Notes: a model not told the origin generated them from the letters alone. 64,000 bases of DNA from Yuukianura sp. NJ FZ-2021 (GCA_046563655.1 CM102290.1:186001-250000); one strand, 5' to 3'. Positions 1 through 12,470 are shown, numbered from the stretch's first letter. Numbers and translations: made by a program.

Positions 1-315
1 TGGTAGAAGGAGAAGAATTGGGACCAGCCGCAGTCACTGCCGGATCAACAAGTAAATCCGAGTCTGACTTGAAACTCAAGTTTGAATTATTCTACAAATC
101 AATCACCAGAGGTCAACTCTTCAAAGTTACACTTTTTTCAATGTTTTTCAAAAACTTCAAAATTTTTAAAACTTGTGTAAACTTTAGATTCTGGGACACC
201 AGGAGACGGAGAAACGCCGAGTACAGCGTTAACTCAAATTCCGAAAGACGGAGAAAGCACCACTTTAAGTCCCGTCCCCCCTGGATTCAATCCCAGAAGT
301 CGTCCGTCCCTGTAG
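1..315 (+). CDS. 3' end (last two exons, <1-111 and 188-315) of an unidentified protein-coding gene
   Basis: Open frame VEGEELGPAAV...FYKSITR, GT-AG intron 112-187 (AT-rich, 76 nt), then in-frame DSGTPGDGETPSTAL...PPGFNPRSRPSL and TAG at 313-315. Convergent with the anoctamin gene. Confidence 0.6.
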
Positions 316-790
316 CCCTTAAGGGTCCTCTTTTTAAAAGACCGCATGTGATTGTTGCTTTTCCGTCGTTTTACGCTGCCATGTGACACGAAATCCAAAT
401 GGCACATCCACTTAGAACTTAAGTAAACACAATTCACTTCCCTCCGGAACTTTTGTTTACTCTTTAGTCAAATTGTACTTGAGGTTAAATAATTTTAATT
501 AATTACTTAAGTTATAAATGACAAGCACCGAATTCACTGGACAAGAATTTAACAGTTTCTACGACAAAAGGCAGTACAAACCTCTTAGGAGAGAGGGAAT
601 ATTCAAACACACTTTCAGCACCTCCACAAACACTTACATCCACTTTAAAGGCATTAACTTCTGAATACTTAGACCAGTAAAGTTTAAGTTGACCTTGGAC
701 CTGGAGGCCCAAAGGACAGGAGTGACCAGGAGTCGTTGTGGAGTAGTAGGTTGAGTGACCTCGAGATTCTCAGTTGGAGTGACCCCGAGG

Positions 791-3700
791 TCAAACCATG
801 ACCTCAGTTGACGTAGTGGCAGACTTTCTCTCACGCAGGGAGTTCCTTGGTCCCATTGTCTGGAGCTCAGTCCCCTCCAGCCCCTCTACTATTGGATTCA
901 GCCCAGTCGAATCCCCAACGGAACTTATCCTCGCCCGAGCCATCTCTTGCTTGATGATGATCTTCACAAACACAAAATTAAAACTAAATTTCCAGGAAAT
1001 CACTTTAAAAAGTAGACTTTTACCTCATTTGTCAAGTACGCCTCTCTCCGAACTTTCTCCGTTACGTTGTTCGGCACATCCGGAATTACCCACTTCAGAA
1101 CCATCACGGACAGGGCCACAAAGTTCTGCAATCAACACACCACAATCTCAAACTACAAATTTAAAATTTAAAAGTTTACATTTAAAAAAAAATAGGTTCG
1201 TACTTCAAAGATGACGATGAAAGCTAAGCGAGCCATCCACACCTACAAAATTTAAAAAAAGTAATTTTCAAAAAAATGTTGAGAAAATAAACTACAAATT
1301 ATTGGAAATACATCTCCTCCTCCATACTTACTTTCCAATAGTGTGTAGTTCGTTTATATCTGAAAAAAAGTTTTTAAAAAACGAAAAAAGAAGGTTAATT
1401 TATGAAAAATACTCTGAAAGAATATTTGAAATGAGTTTTTTAACGGTGACTGACCGTTCTCCCGGTGGCAAAGTGTGATTTGTACGGTACTCCTGATACC
1501 TGCTCATTCCAAAACAACTTTTTGGTACATTAAACTTTTAAATTTAAAGTTTGATGTGAATTTCGAAGTGTAAGATCCTACCTGCAGACAGTGACGACGT
1601 CCGTGTAGTTGGATATGAATGGCTTCGTGTTTCTACTAAACCCTTGTTCATTCACGTCAAAATAAGCCAAACTGTGCTCCAGGAATCCGTCCAGAGTTCG
1701 ATTCGGATTGATGTCTGGAAGGCCATACATGTACACCATCTTAGGAATGAAGTTGGAAGTGAAAGCAATGATAAAAGCCTACAAAAGTCAAAAGTCAAAA
1801 CTAAAATCACTTTCCTTAGTTGTTAAAATGTAATCACTTTGTGTTTTTACATTGGAAATGACAGCTAGTTTGCCTACTCCGTCCATGATTGCATACCACA
1901 CCCCAATGTCCCTCACTCGAGATCCCACTGGCCTTCGGTAGTAAGTGATCAGTTTCTTCGCATCCAGTCGCATTTCAAAGACGTTGTTAAGCAGGGCAAA
2001 CAGAGGAGCAATCGGAAAGGCTGCCACAAATATCGTCACAAAACTACAACAAAAACCACATATTCACTTTTGCACGTCGACCAGAGATGTCTTCACTCTT
2101 ACCCATACTGCAACACTGAAAAAATGAAACAACACAATCAGTTTCCTAAAAGTAAGTATTTACTGTACAAAATGGTTGGAAGTATTCCTTACCCATCTCT
2201 AGATACTCGCTAAACAAAGAGTTTTGATCCCACTCTAGAAGTTTCAAGTCCTTGGCCCACTGAGTGCTAAAAACTGAGTCCTTGTCCACAGCCTTAGTTG
2301 TTCCAGCAATCTTCAACTGATTCCAGTACTTCATCACCATCCTAAATCAAAACTTTTGTGTACTGCCAGCATTTGGGAGTACTTGGAGTATTGGCAGTAC
2401 TTACGGAATGCCCGTCTCTGTGAACATGTTGAGAATTTGCTTGCCCACGAGAATGATGGCCAGTTGGAGGCAGAGTTCCGTCATGCACCCTCCAGGAGCA
2501 CACTCCTCTTGGCGGTAGCCCAGGAACGTCGTGTACTTGTGCGGAGATCCCACGAACTTTCCCTGTCCAACCATCAAGTATTCACAAGTATCCCAAATAT
2601 TGGCAGTATACTTAGAATTAGTATGTTTACCTTGAAGAAGGCAATGTAGAAGATGGAAGAGTAATAATTTATGAACTGGAGTAAATACATCTTGAGAGTG
2701 AGGGAGTCTTCAAATTGCGTCTGTGTTCTATGCAGTTCCAACTCTGTGAGTTGTTGAGCAACGAGACCATACAGCTGTAACAAGTAATTACTTTAATTAC
2801 AAGTAATTGAATTAGTTCAAAAGTAATTACCCAGTTGAAGAGAAGAATGAAGATGAGATTGATGACAGCGGCACTCGTGTTGACGATGAGTAGAGAGTAT
2901 GAGTAGAACTCTCTGCGTGACTGGGCTACTTGAGAGAAGAGGTAAGAAATGGCCACTCTGTACACCACCACCCCAATCACTGCTGCCACTGCCATTGAAA
3001 TCTATCGCAAAAGGTCAAAGGTCATTGACTAAATTTCACTTTACTAAATTTCATTTGGACTTATTGAACATACCAAGAAGAGGACCATGGACAGACTGGA
3101 ATTAGAAAACAAAAGTTGAAAGTTGGAATTAGACTGGAATTTGTGAAATGTAGAAGTGTAGTGACCTGAACATGGTGTAAGGAACTTTCATTTTCCAGAA
3201 AGGAACCTTGGGTTCAGCCACGAGTGTGATTCTGTTCCTGTTCCTCCCTCGCACTTTCTTGAGTCTCGCCAAGTACTCTGGTCTCGGATGCTCCTCATGC
3301 ACATCAAAGTCACCCACGTCCCAGTGATAACCAATCGTCGCAGAGTAGCGCTTCCACATCTCCAAGTAAATAGCAGCTAAAAGGCAAAGTTAACAATTCA
3401 AAATCAACATTTCAAAAGTCAATCAAAAGTTAACTCACTCCAGAAGCTCATGACGACTGCGAACAGTACTGTCGCATTGTTGTCAAACAGGTAAGTAATC
3501 CTAGGAACCAGAAAATATATAAATTATATTATAAATTATATTATATAAATAGTAAGATGTACCTGGCATAGCTGCAAGTCTCTGACAGTTTGTAGTAATC
3601 ACACAGTTGATCACAAAGGGGACACATTGTAATGTTTTTCCCAGCCACACAAATGTCTTCGCTAAAAAACAAAAGTAAGTGATGACCTTTGACCTTGTGA

Positions 3701-6700
3701 CCTTGAACAGTGTGTTTTTTACCTGAGAGTGTTGGAGTAGAGAGTGAAGACTCCGTAGAGGAAGCAGATGAGTCCGAAGATGGATGCTGGGATGAGGTAG
3801 TGCGTGTAGAATCCCAACCAGGCAAAGTACAGGGCCACTTTGACTCCGTAGTAGTCCTTGATGGCGTCCAGCGGTTGGTACTTGAAGCACCGTCGAAGGG
3901 ACGCCCACTCGTGGTACAGGAGGTGCCTTGGCGTTCCAGGCGTCTTCAAGTCCCCATCATGCAGAGGGTAGGCAGCAGTGTACACTTCAAGTCTCCGCAG
4001 TCGCTCAATTCCAAAGGCAAAGTCATCGTAGTTGTCCAGGGAATAGCGTTTTCTACTCAGGATGAAATCTACAATCTGACCTCGAACTGTAGACGTGAAG
4101 AAATCATCCTCATTCAGATCAAATCTAAACAAAAACAATCAGCTTTCATTTTATCAAAAAACTTTCATATTTTTCATTTTCATTCGACATTTTTTAAAAA
4201 TTTTGAAATGGCTTACAAGTACTCCTTGTCCCTCGAGTATTGAGCACTGAGGCGTTTGTCTTTCGGTGGAAACAGTCTCGGATCCATTTTGAACCAGGCT
4301 GTAGAAAAGTCCCAGCACTTTTTCACACCTTCCGCCAAACTGTCAATCTTATCGTCCAAGTCAACGATCTGTTCAAAAAAATAGTACAGAAAATTTTAGA
4401 AAACTGAATAAAAGTGCCTTACTTTCAGAGTAAAATTTAACATGCAAGCTTCTAAAAAAATTCCGCAAAAGCTAATAAATTTTGAAAAAATAGAAAGTCC
4501 CCAGTGTGAAATGTCGCTAAATGAAAAAGTTGCATTAGGACATGCAAGCAAGAGAAGATTTAGAGAGATAGACATTGTTTCAAGAGTTGTTAAATCAAGA
4601 ATTGTAAATTCCAACTAAAAAATGGGTGATTGACCTTGTTGAGACTTTCAAATTCTGGACTTCGGGAGTAAATCATGGTGACTACATCGTCATCAAGCTA
4701 AAAGTAAGGACATGTCCAATTATTCAGTGCCAAAATCACACTTAACCCACCCACAAAATCAACCATTTCCTACAAAGAAATTTAGAAACAATGCGGGCAA
4801 GAGTTTGAAGGGATGCGCATATGCAGATAGAACAGAATCTTAAACTCTTAAAGTTTCGCAACATGCTTCAATCTTTAGAACTTTAGCTTCTAACTACTAA
4901 ACTTTAAATTTCAGTTTGTGTTCCTTACATCTCTCATTTTCATCTTGAGTTTGAGAATTTCAGCGTATCTCCTGAGAACATCAATGGGTGCATGTATTTT
5001 GACGAAATTGTAGTTGGTCGCCTCCATCTTTTCGTACTCCAGCACGAGTCCTTCCTCTATTAAATTCCTCTCGTAGATTTCTCTTTTCTCTCTGGCCTCT
5101 TCTGAAATGCAGGGTTGGTAGGAACTGTCCCACACCAACACAAAGTCCACGTCCTTCGTCGCCATGGAGAAAGCAACTGACTTGGGCTGAAAAGCACAAA
5201 ACACAAGTTAATTAAGTTGTTGGATGTTCAAAGGAGTAATTAAGACTCAACTTTTTGGCACTCTTTGTCTTCTTCCTCGCTCTACATCATCTAAATCCGA
5301 CAACTGACGAAGGAACTCCTCTATCCGGGAGATGAGGCTCAAACTAACGTTATTGCGAGACTGACTGTTCCATTAGTGGATTAAAACAATCGTCTCTCCC
5401 ATCGATCTGTGGGTGTCAGTTTCCTAAACTGCCCTCTTCAACGCACTTTCACACAAAAACTAAAAAGTGGTCTAAATTCCAACACCAAGGAATCAACAGG
5501 TTGCGTAATATTGTGGTTGCGGCTATCAACAAAAGTCAAGGCAACAGTTTCTGATGCCTAATTCACAAAATTAGACACTTTTCAAAAAGAAAAGAACAAG
5601 AAGTTGTTTCGGAACATGAGTAATTTGAGAATAGTTGATAAAAATAATCACAAGTAAGGAGGAAATTTAGTTCTCTACTGCAAAACTCAAACACTAACAC
5701 AAGTCTTCAAGAGTTAGGAAGATAATGAAAAGTGTAAAATTAGTAAAAAGCGAGTTGAAGAGGAAGTTAGCTTTGGGAATTTGAATACAATTGAATTTGA
5801 AGTGATTTTACTAAGATGATCTTCTAATAGGGGGTATAAATGAATGTTAAATTGTTGAAATCGTGAGAGTATGGAAGTGTCAAGAATAACCAACTTCTCT
5901 TTCCCTTACTTTTGAGCAATCTGTGTAATAAGTGTAATGAGGATATTCCAAGGACAAAGTCAATCTTATAACTCAGAAATGACTTCATCGATGAGTCCAC
6001 TCAACCCAAGGTGCAACTGTCTACATCACAAATACCACTGCACCAACAAATACAACTCAAGTTTAACAACTAACTTCAAAAGTCACTTTTGAGAATACTG
6101 CGAATTTAAATAAGTTGATTAAAAGTGGACAGAAAAGAGACTTTTTGTTTTGTGTTTGACAGTTATTGAAAGTGTGAGTTGGGCTGAATCTGAATGGTTT
6201 GAAATAATTTGGTTTGTCCTTGTGACATGACATCATTTCTCCGGAAGGGGAAAGTTTCAGTTCCGTTCAAAATACACAATGCCCCACAAAGAAATGGGGC
6301 AGGAAACAACTTTGGCGTCACTTTACTTTTTAATAGTCAAAACTCAAGTGAAGTTTAGGTTTTTAATTAAATCGATAGGGAAGGAATAAAATCCAATGGT
6401 CATGAATGATTAAAAAGTGGACAACTCTAGCCGGCACTTTAACCTTACTCCCCCCACCCAATTGGGAATCACAATGACAAAGACTAAAAGAAAAGACTAC
6501 TTTTGAGTTTTTAGTACTTTTGAAAGTCATGTGTTGGATGACAAACCTTGCGTTGTTCCTGGACTGGTGAGTTGACGGGAGAGCTAAAAATATCCTCCTG
6601 ATCTTCCCTCCTCACGAGCTCGTGTTCCTCTTCCGGCGGCATGTCAGCTGATTGGACTGAATGGTAACTTTGATGAGAGCGGAGAGTGTCGCCTGAGTTG

Positions 6701-7050
6701 GTGCTGATTTCGGACATGTAGTCTGTCACGTCCTCTGCACTGTGGTACACGGTGGACACGGAACTCTTGCTATGTCGCCACCCCTGCGGATCACCTGATC
6801 CCTCCTTGTGCCGAATCCACCAGAAACTGTCTTTGGATGCAACACCGTTGGAACTCCCTAGGACAGGTTCACCTTGACGTTTTTTGTTCATCCCGCCGTT
6901 GCTATGGGATCCATGCAAAAGACTCCTCTTGATCGAATCATCTTCACTGGACTGGCCCAGTCTCGAAGATGGATCTTCTTCAAATGACACCATCTCTTCA
7001 TCTTCATCGGAGTAGCCGGAAGAGCAACGGGATGACACGGGATTGGACAT
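791..7050 (-). CDS. Anoctamin/TMEM16 family Ca2+-activated chloride channel or scramblase, 20 coding exons, ~1039 aa
   Basis: Hand-spliced GT-AG exons: 7050-6547, 5186-4929, 4368-4217, 4124-3723, 3661-3563, 3500-3439, 3376-3166, 3095-3074, 3001-2831, 2774-2631, 2562-2405, 2341-2193, 2115-2103, 2043-1851, 1778-1582, 1499-1455, 1359-1332, 1242-1204, 1125-1024, 961-791 (3120 nt, frame closes). Family motifs: [114 protein letters not shown]. Confidence 0.95.
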
Positions 7051-8965
7051 AACTGTATGTCTTCAGTTACTTCCACTCTCCACCTAAAAGTCACAAAATG
7101 AAAACGTTTTTACTACGAATAATGTGACTCAACAAACGTTTCCCAGGAAATGACAAAAACTGGACCGACTTGGCCGGTCGCCGGTACTTAATTGAAGTAG
7201 TTACACAGTGTAACTTACTTTTACACTTAGAAGTTGTGAGTGGGCAGTAACCAGTTAGGTTATTGGGACAAGGTGAGACAGCCTCAGGCACCGGCCAATC
7301 TTAACTTATCCAGAGTTCAACACAATGATTTACTTTATAGTACACTTTTATGGGGCAATCAAATTCAAAACCATACAAACTCCAACTTTTAGCGTCGTTA
7401 ACTGAGTACCTTCCGACGTTAAAAGATAAAATTGAAAAGTACTATAAAGTGACCTCGAGTAGTTTGTAAGAGCCTCTCAAGAACACTTTATCCCCTTAAG
7501 TTTAACACACTTCAGAAGCACTTTTTACAGTTTTGTCTCAACAATCCCACCACCACCAACAACATAACTCTTACGAAAACTTAAGAATTTGCTGTTAGTA
7601 AAAGGTGATTTTTTGTTAAAATTGGTCTAATCGTTTCGCATGATGACACGAAACGATTGAAGAGGAAGACTAGCACGAAATGATGGAAACTAAAAAGGAA
7701 GGATGATTGAAAGATGAGAATAGGTCAAACGGTTACTCCGGATGGACGACATACGACTCAATTGACGCCTCTCTCACCAATTGACATTCGTTATCATTCA
7801 ATCAACTAAAACTACACAACTAACATTAAACAAAGAAGTCCAGTTACCGTTAGGATTTTAGTGGGAGTGATACAAGCACCATCATTCGTCATAGCACCAA
7901 CATGTCTCTTCAATGTCACCTCCAAGTGACATGCACCATGTCACCAATGTCTCCTACAAACACATTGGGATTGGATGTAGATTTGAATGTCAGAGACTGC
8001 GACACTGCAACCGAACAATTATTGACTTAAAGCACAATCAATTAGTCAAAGTAATTGATGTGGATCCTGGAGAAGGTATGGCTTTTGTCCAGTCTGGAAT
8101 TGTCCAGTGGATTAACGTTAAGTAAGCTTAGCACCTTATGTTATGCAAAAACACAAAGGATATTACAGTCTCTGCCCAACTCCTCGACATAGGTACCCAG
8201 CATACTTAATTCCGTATCCGACAAAAACAAAAACTTTTTGAAAACGTACTATAACACATGCATAACTTCGGATTACAAATTAACTTAACTAATAGTTAAA
8301 ATATTGATTGAATAATATGCTGCATATGCTGGATATTGCAGAATGAGATAATCTTTTAATAGTACCCCTCTTTTGAATTCCCAGTTTTTACTTTGCATTA
8401 TGACTTTTATACAATGTCGCGGTTCAATTGTAAGCGTATTTTGCGTATTTCCTTTGGTATCTATTTAAACTTTCTACTTTGAACGCTCCTGACCGGAAAA
8501 TTCTGAACGATCAACTGTTATTTTTTTGCGTAAAATATACTAAAATTCACCTGAATCTTTTTGAATGAAAGATACTCCTAGTGAGGAGTACTAGTTTAGG
8601 TAGTCGAAGATGCAGTTAGCATAAAGTTAGGCATCCAGAATATCTAACTATAACTTCTTAGCTTTGTATTTTGGTTAACAAAATTAAGTCTGCTAGAAGC
8701 CTAATTCGAGAGGTTGGGCAGGAACTGTATTGAGTGCAAATCAACATAAACAAGAGACACCTTTTCTCCAGCCCAAATTTCAGGAGGCACAAAAAAGCGC
8801 CACTTTTGCCAAACTCCGACTCCAGCGCATGTCCCCACGACGCAGCGTCCTCCGCCTTACAAACACCAAACACTGAGGCAGTTTATAAAATGTATTATTT
8901 AGTATAACTTTGTATTATTTAACACTAAAAACCCACAAAATTAACATTTTGGTTGTGAATAATTT

Positions 8966-10912
8966 TTAAAAGGAACTGTGAAAGTTGTTTTTGTGGTGAT
9001 GTTCGTGTATCCACTTCTTGATCTGTGCTTTCTCCAAATTCCTGGCAGCAATGACTGATGCTGGATCCCTGGGATTGGAACCTCTCAGATCCAAGTGATG
9101 AGCTCCCTCTGGAATGACCACTGCCAACACACTGTCAGACACATTGGACAGCACTCCGCCCCCTGACCAGGGGTCCAGCAGCCCATTACTGCAATGTCAG
9201 AGGTCAAAGGTCAAGGTCACTCATGTCATTCTTCTATTAAAATTAAAAACCAACCTAAACACAATGTTAGATGCTCCACTGAGGTCTCTTCCTCCATACA
9301 TGATCTGGCTCATCCACGCATTCGGAGTGACGCTCCACTTTTCCGTGCAATTGGCAGCATATGAGCCGTATTCCCATGGAGACGGCTCCAGGAAGTCATT
9401 GACCCCGTCACTGCACATTGGCATTACCATCTCCGTACAAGCCTAACACAAAAAAAAATATACAGGTCAAAGGTCAAAGATCAAAAGTCAAAGGTCAAGT
9501 CACCTGGAAGTCCCATCCAGCGTCATCCAGTTGCGCCGTCCCTGAGCTGGCTACGTTCAAGCAAGTGGCTTGGCCAGTGTAGTTGAAGTACACGTTGAGG
9601 CCCTTGAAAATAGAGCGAAGGAGGCCCTTGGCTGGCAAGTTCGAGTCAACCAATTTCTCACAAAACACCTAAATATCCAAAAATCATAGTTTTTGTTGAG
9701 TTGAACTTTGACCTTTGACCTTACTTTGACGGGATAAGCTGGTAGTTTGGAGAGGAAGTTTGCTTCGTAGGGGTAGTTGACCATGCCCAGATTCCCATAC
9801 ACGTCAGTCAACCAGCCCTTCATCAAATCAACATCTTTGGTCGAATTCAGCGGTACACAAAGCTTCCATTTCTTACTCAGCCACGCCCTTCCTGCTTCTA
9901 AAACCCAAATTCAAAATTTAAAAAAAAGGGACTAAAATTTCACAATTTTGAAAAAGTTTGTGCCTGTTTTTCCAAAGTCGGTGATGTAAGTCCATGATTT
10001 TCTGATTGTTTGAACACACTCTTTGGATTCTTTGAGAAAAGCGTTGGTCAGAATTTGAGCAAAGGCTCCGCACGGAGTAAGTCCACTGAACTGCAGAACT
10101 GGAGCTGAACAAGAAATTCCTCTGGAAACATTTTTTTAAAAAAAGTTTGTTCAAACAACATTTTTGAAAATTTAAAATGTTTATAAAAGTTGTAAGTACC
10201 CTTGGATGACATGGGGGTACTTCATTCTCATCCAAGCAGAGAGCATCCCACCATAACTCCCACCAAAGGCTATCACGGCACTCTTTTGACCTCCATGATG
10301 AAATTTAAAGTAGAGCACAAAGTCTGCAAAGTCCGCCAAGGCTTGTTCTGACGTCAAGTACCCACTCTTGTCAGGGCCCTTCAAAAATAGAAAGGTCAAG
10401 GTCAAAGGTCAACTGGAAAGAGGTCAGAGGTCATACCGAGAATGACTCATTTCCAAAGGGAAGTGATGAGCCATAGTAGCGGTGTTCTGCAAAAAGGAGC
10501 AGGGCCCCAAACTGCGGTGCAATTTCCCACATGAACCCTGAATTTTCTGCAAACAGCTCAATCGCCCCCTCATTCCCTGTTTCAAATTTTTATTTTGAAA
10601 TTTTGAAAAATTTTTACTTTTTGAAATTGAGCAGACCAGTGTAGAAGAAGATTGGTCCATCGTGAGCCTTGTCCCACCAACTGTCGTTGTACAGATACTT
10701 CATCCTGAACGTGGCATTCGACCTAAAACTAAAGTGATCCACCTTTGACCCGCCAAAAATTTAAACAAATTTAAAAAACAGTTTTTAACAAAACATATTT
10801 AAAAAGAAATTCTGACCGGAACTTCGTAGTAGTCGGTTTTGTAGGTGTACGGAACATCTTCCGCTGCACAGCCACTAACTAGTACTACAAATCCCAAAAT
10901 TAACTCAAACAT
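8966..10912 (-). CDS. PRCP: Lysosomal Pro-X carboxypeptidase (prolylcarboxypeptidase, peptidase S28), 9 exons, ~475 aa with signal peptide
   Basis: Exons 10912-10817, 10742-10637, 10576-10437, 10378-10200, 10121-9964, 9897-9725, 9668-9504, 9442-9255, 9188-8966 (1428 nt, frame closes). Motifs [42 protein letters not shown] (catalytic Ser), [14 protein letters not shown] (Asp), GAHHLDLR (His). Hydrophobic N-terminus [17 protein letters not shown]. Confidence 0.95.
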
Positions 10913-11007
10913 TTTCAAAATTTGGACTTTTAAGGTTTTATTTTAAAAAAAAGTGTTTCAAAAAGACGTTTAGAGTGGTAGACGCAAGATAACTTACAAG
11001 TTATGAC

Positions 11008-11443
11008 TGACTATACAAAAGTTTTTCCTCTTCAAAAGATAAGCAACTTTTACTGGGACCATTTTTCTCTGTGACTTTTCCTTGAGGTCACAGGTCAAGG
11101 TCAACATGAGATAACACCTCAGGCAGGGATCACAGGGTTATAGTTCATATGACAAAAAATGATCTACTCATTGAGCTGAACAACTTTTCTAGAGGTCATT
11201 TTTTCGAGTGTCAGGACATTTTGAGTTGACCTTGACCTTTCACCCAATGAAAGGGTCACAGAAAAAATTGGTCTAAACAAAAGTTTTTGACGAGAGGAAC
11301 AACTTTTGCAGGGACCATTTTGTCGGTTGTCAGGGAACGCCCTTTTTGACCTGGACCTGTGACCTCAAGGAAAGGTCACAGAGAAAAACGGTACTAGAAA
11401 AAGTTCCTTATCTTTTCAAGAGGAACAACTTTTGTACAGGTCA
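11008..11443. mobile_element. Foldback/MITE-like element with ~97-bp imperfect inverted arms and internal arm copies
   Basis: 11008-11104 is the imperfect reverse complement of 11346-11443. A further degenerate copy of the right arm lies at ~11226-11320. Rich in AGGTCA/TGACCT. No TSD identified. Confidence 0.75.
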
Positions 11444-12470
11444 TTTTGGCGGTTATCATGGAGTATGTCCATGTGAAAAAAACTAAACAGACTGCGAAAG
11501 TGATCTCCAACCGGATTTTTAGGGCCTAATGGAATGGAACCGATTCAAATTACAAACTGCAAAAAATTGAACCATTTTTAATTAATTAATTACTGATTAT
11601 TTTTCAATTAGCAATTAATTACAAATGTAAATGTTTTGGAAGGTTTTTTGAACTAGAGAAGTACTGCAAAGGGACCATTGAGTGTTTATTAGAAGAAGTG
11701 CCGATGTCTGATAATCAGATTCTTTCAATGAAGAGGCACTATTCCACAGATAGCACGACACTATGGGACATTGATGAGTCCCTGTCGTTCATATTTTAAC
11801 TAGCCCTTAACTTAATGAATTAATAAATTTAACGATGAATATATTTAGCTATAATAATTTCTCCCACTCGCTCAAATTGCGATATCACTACCTATGTATG
11901 CATACCTTGCAACTTTTCGAGGTGACGAAGTGTGAGAAGGAGGCCCACCCATTAATGCGGTTTCTAAAGAAAAGGTTCCGCCTATTCTGTGGATTCGTCT
12001 GCCTCTGTTCCCATTACTAAAACGGTTAGGTTAGGGCCAACGGATTTGATTGTCTTTTTTTTCCTCATCGCTTGTATACACAAGGTCTTTCTTCGGACGG
12101 AAAGGAGTTCCTTCCTGTTGTGACTCCTCAGCTGGAAACGATTGAAACTAAGATTAGTCAAGACTTCCGCGAGATCGAACTTAATTTAATGTAAGTAATC
12201 AACAACTTATCCAGAATTTAAACTAGTACTCATAAATCGCATCTCCACTCGTCGTTGGCATTTGAGGCTCAGAATCGTCGGCTCAAAGGTATTTCCTCTA
12301 CTAAGCTAAACATTTCGCAACACTACCCATACTGAGTAAGTACCTTCATTATTCTCACTATGTAATTCTTAACCTGAAAGCTCTTGGGGTGACATACTAT
12401 ATATTCTTTTAGGAAAGGACGTTGTCTGATACCGCGGTACAACAACAGGGAAGCAATAACTGGTCACACA

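Noticed and set aside
770..793. Stop-codon readthrough of anoctamin (TGA-C)
   Set aside because: The context is TGA CCT rather than TGA CTA, and the extension would be only six residues.
3710..4243. 177-aa plus-strand ORF (and 798-1214, 9114-9446)
   Set aside because: Antisense shadows of real minus-strand exons.
5250..5400. Alternative first coding exon of anoctamin
   Set aside because: An open stretch exists, but I found no in-frame ATG with a phase-compatible donor.
8658..8880. GC-rich patch and 71-aa ORF downstream of PRCP as an ncRNA or small gene
   Set aside because: No recognisable RNase P/MRP, snRNA or SECIS motifs, a non-ATG start and no splice support.
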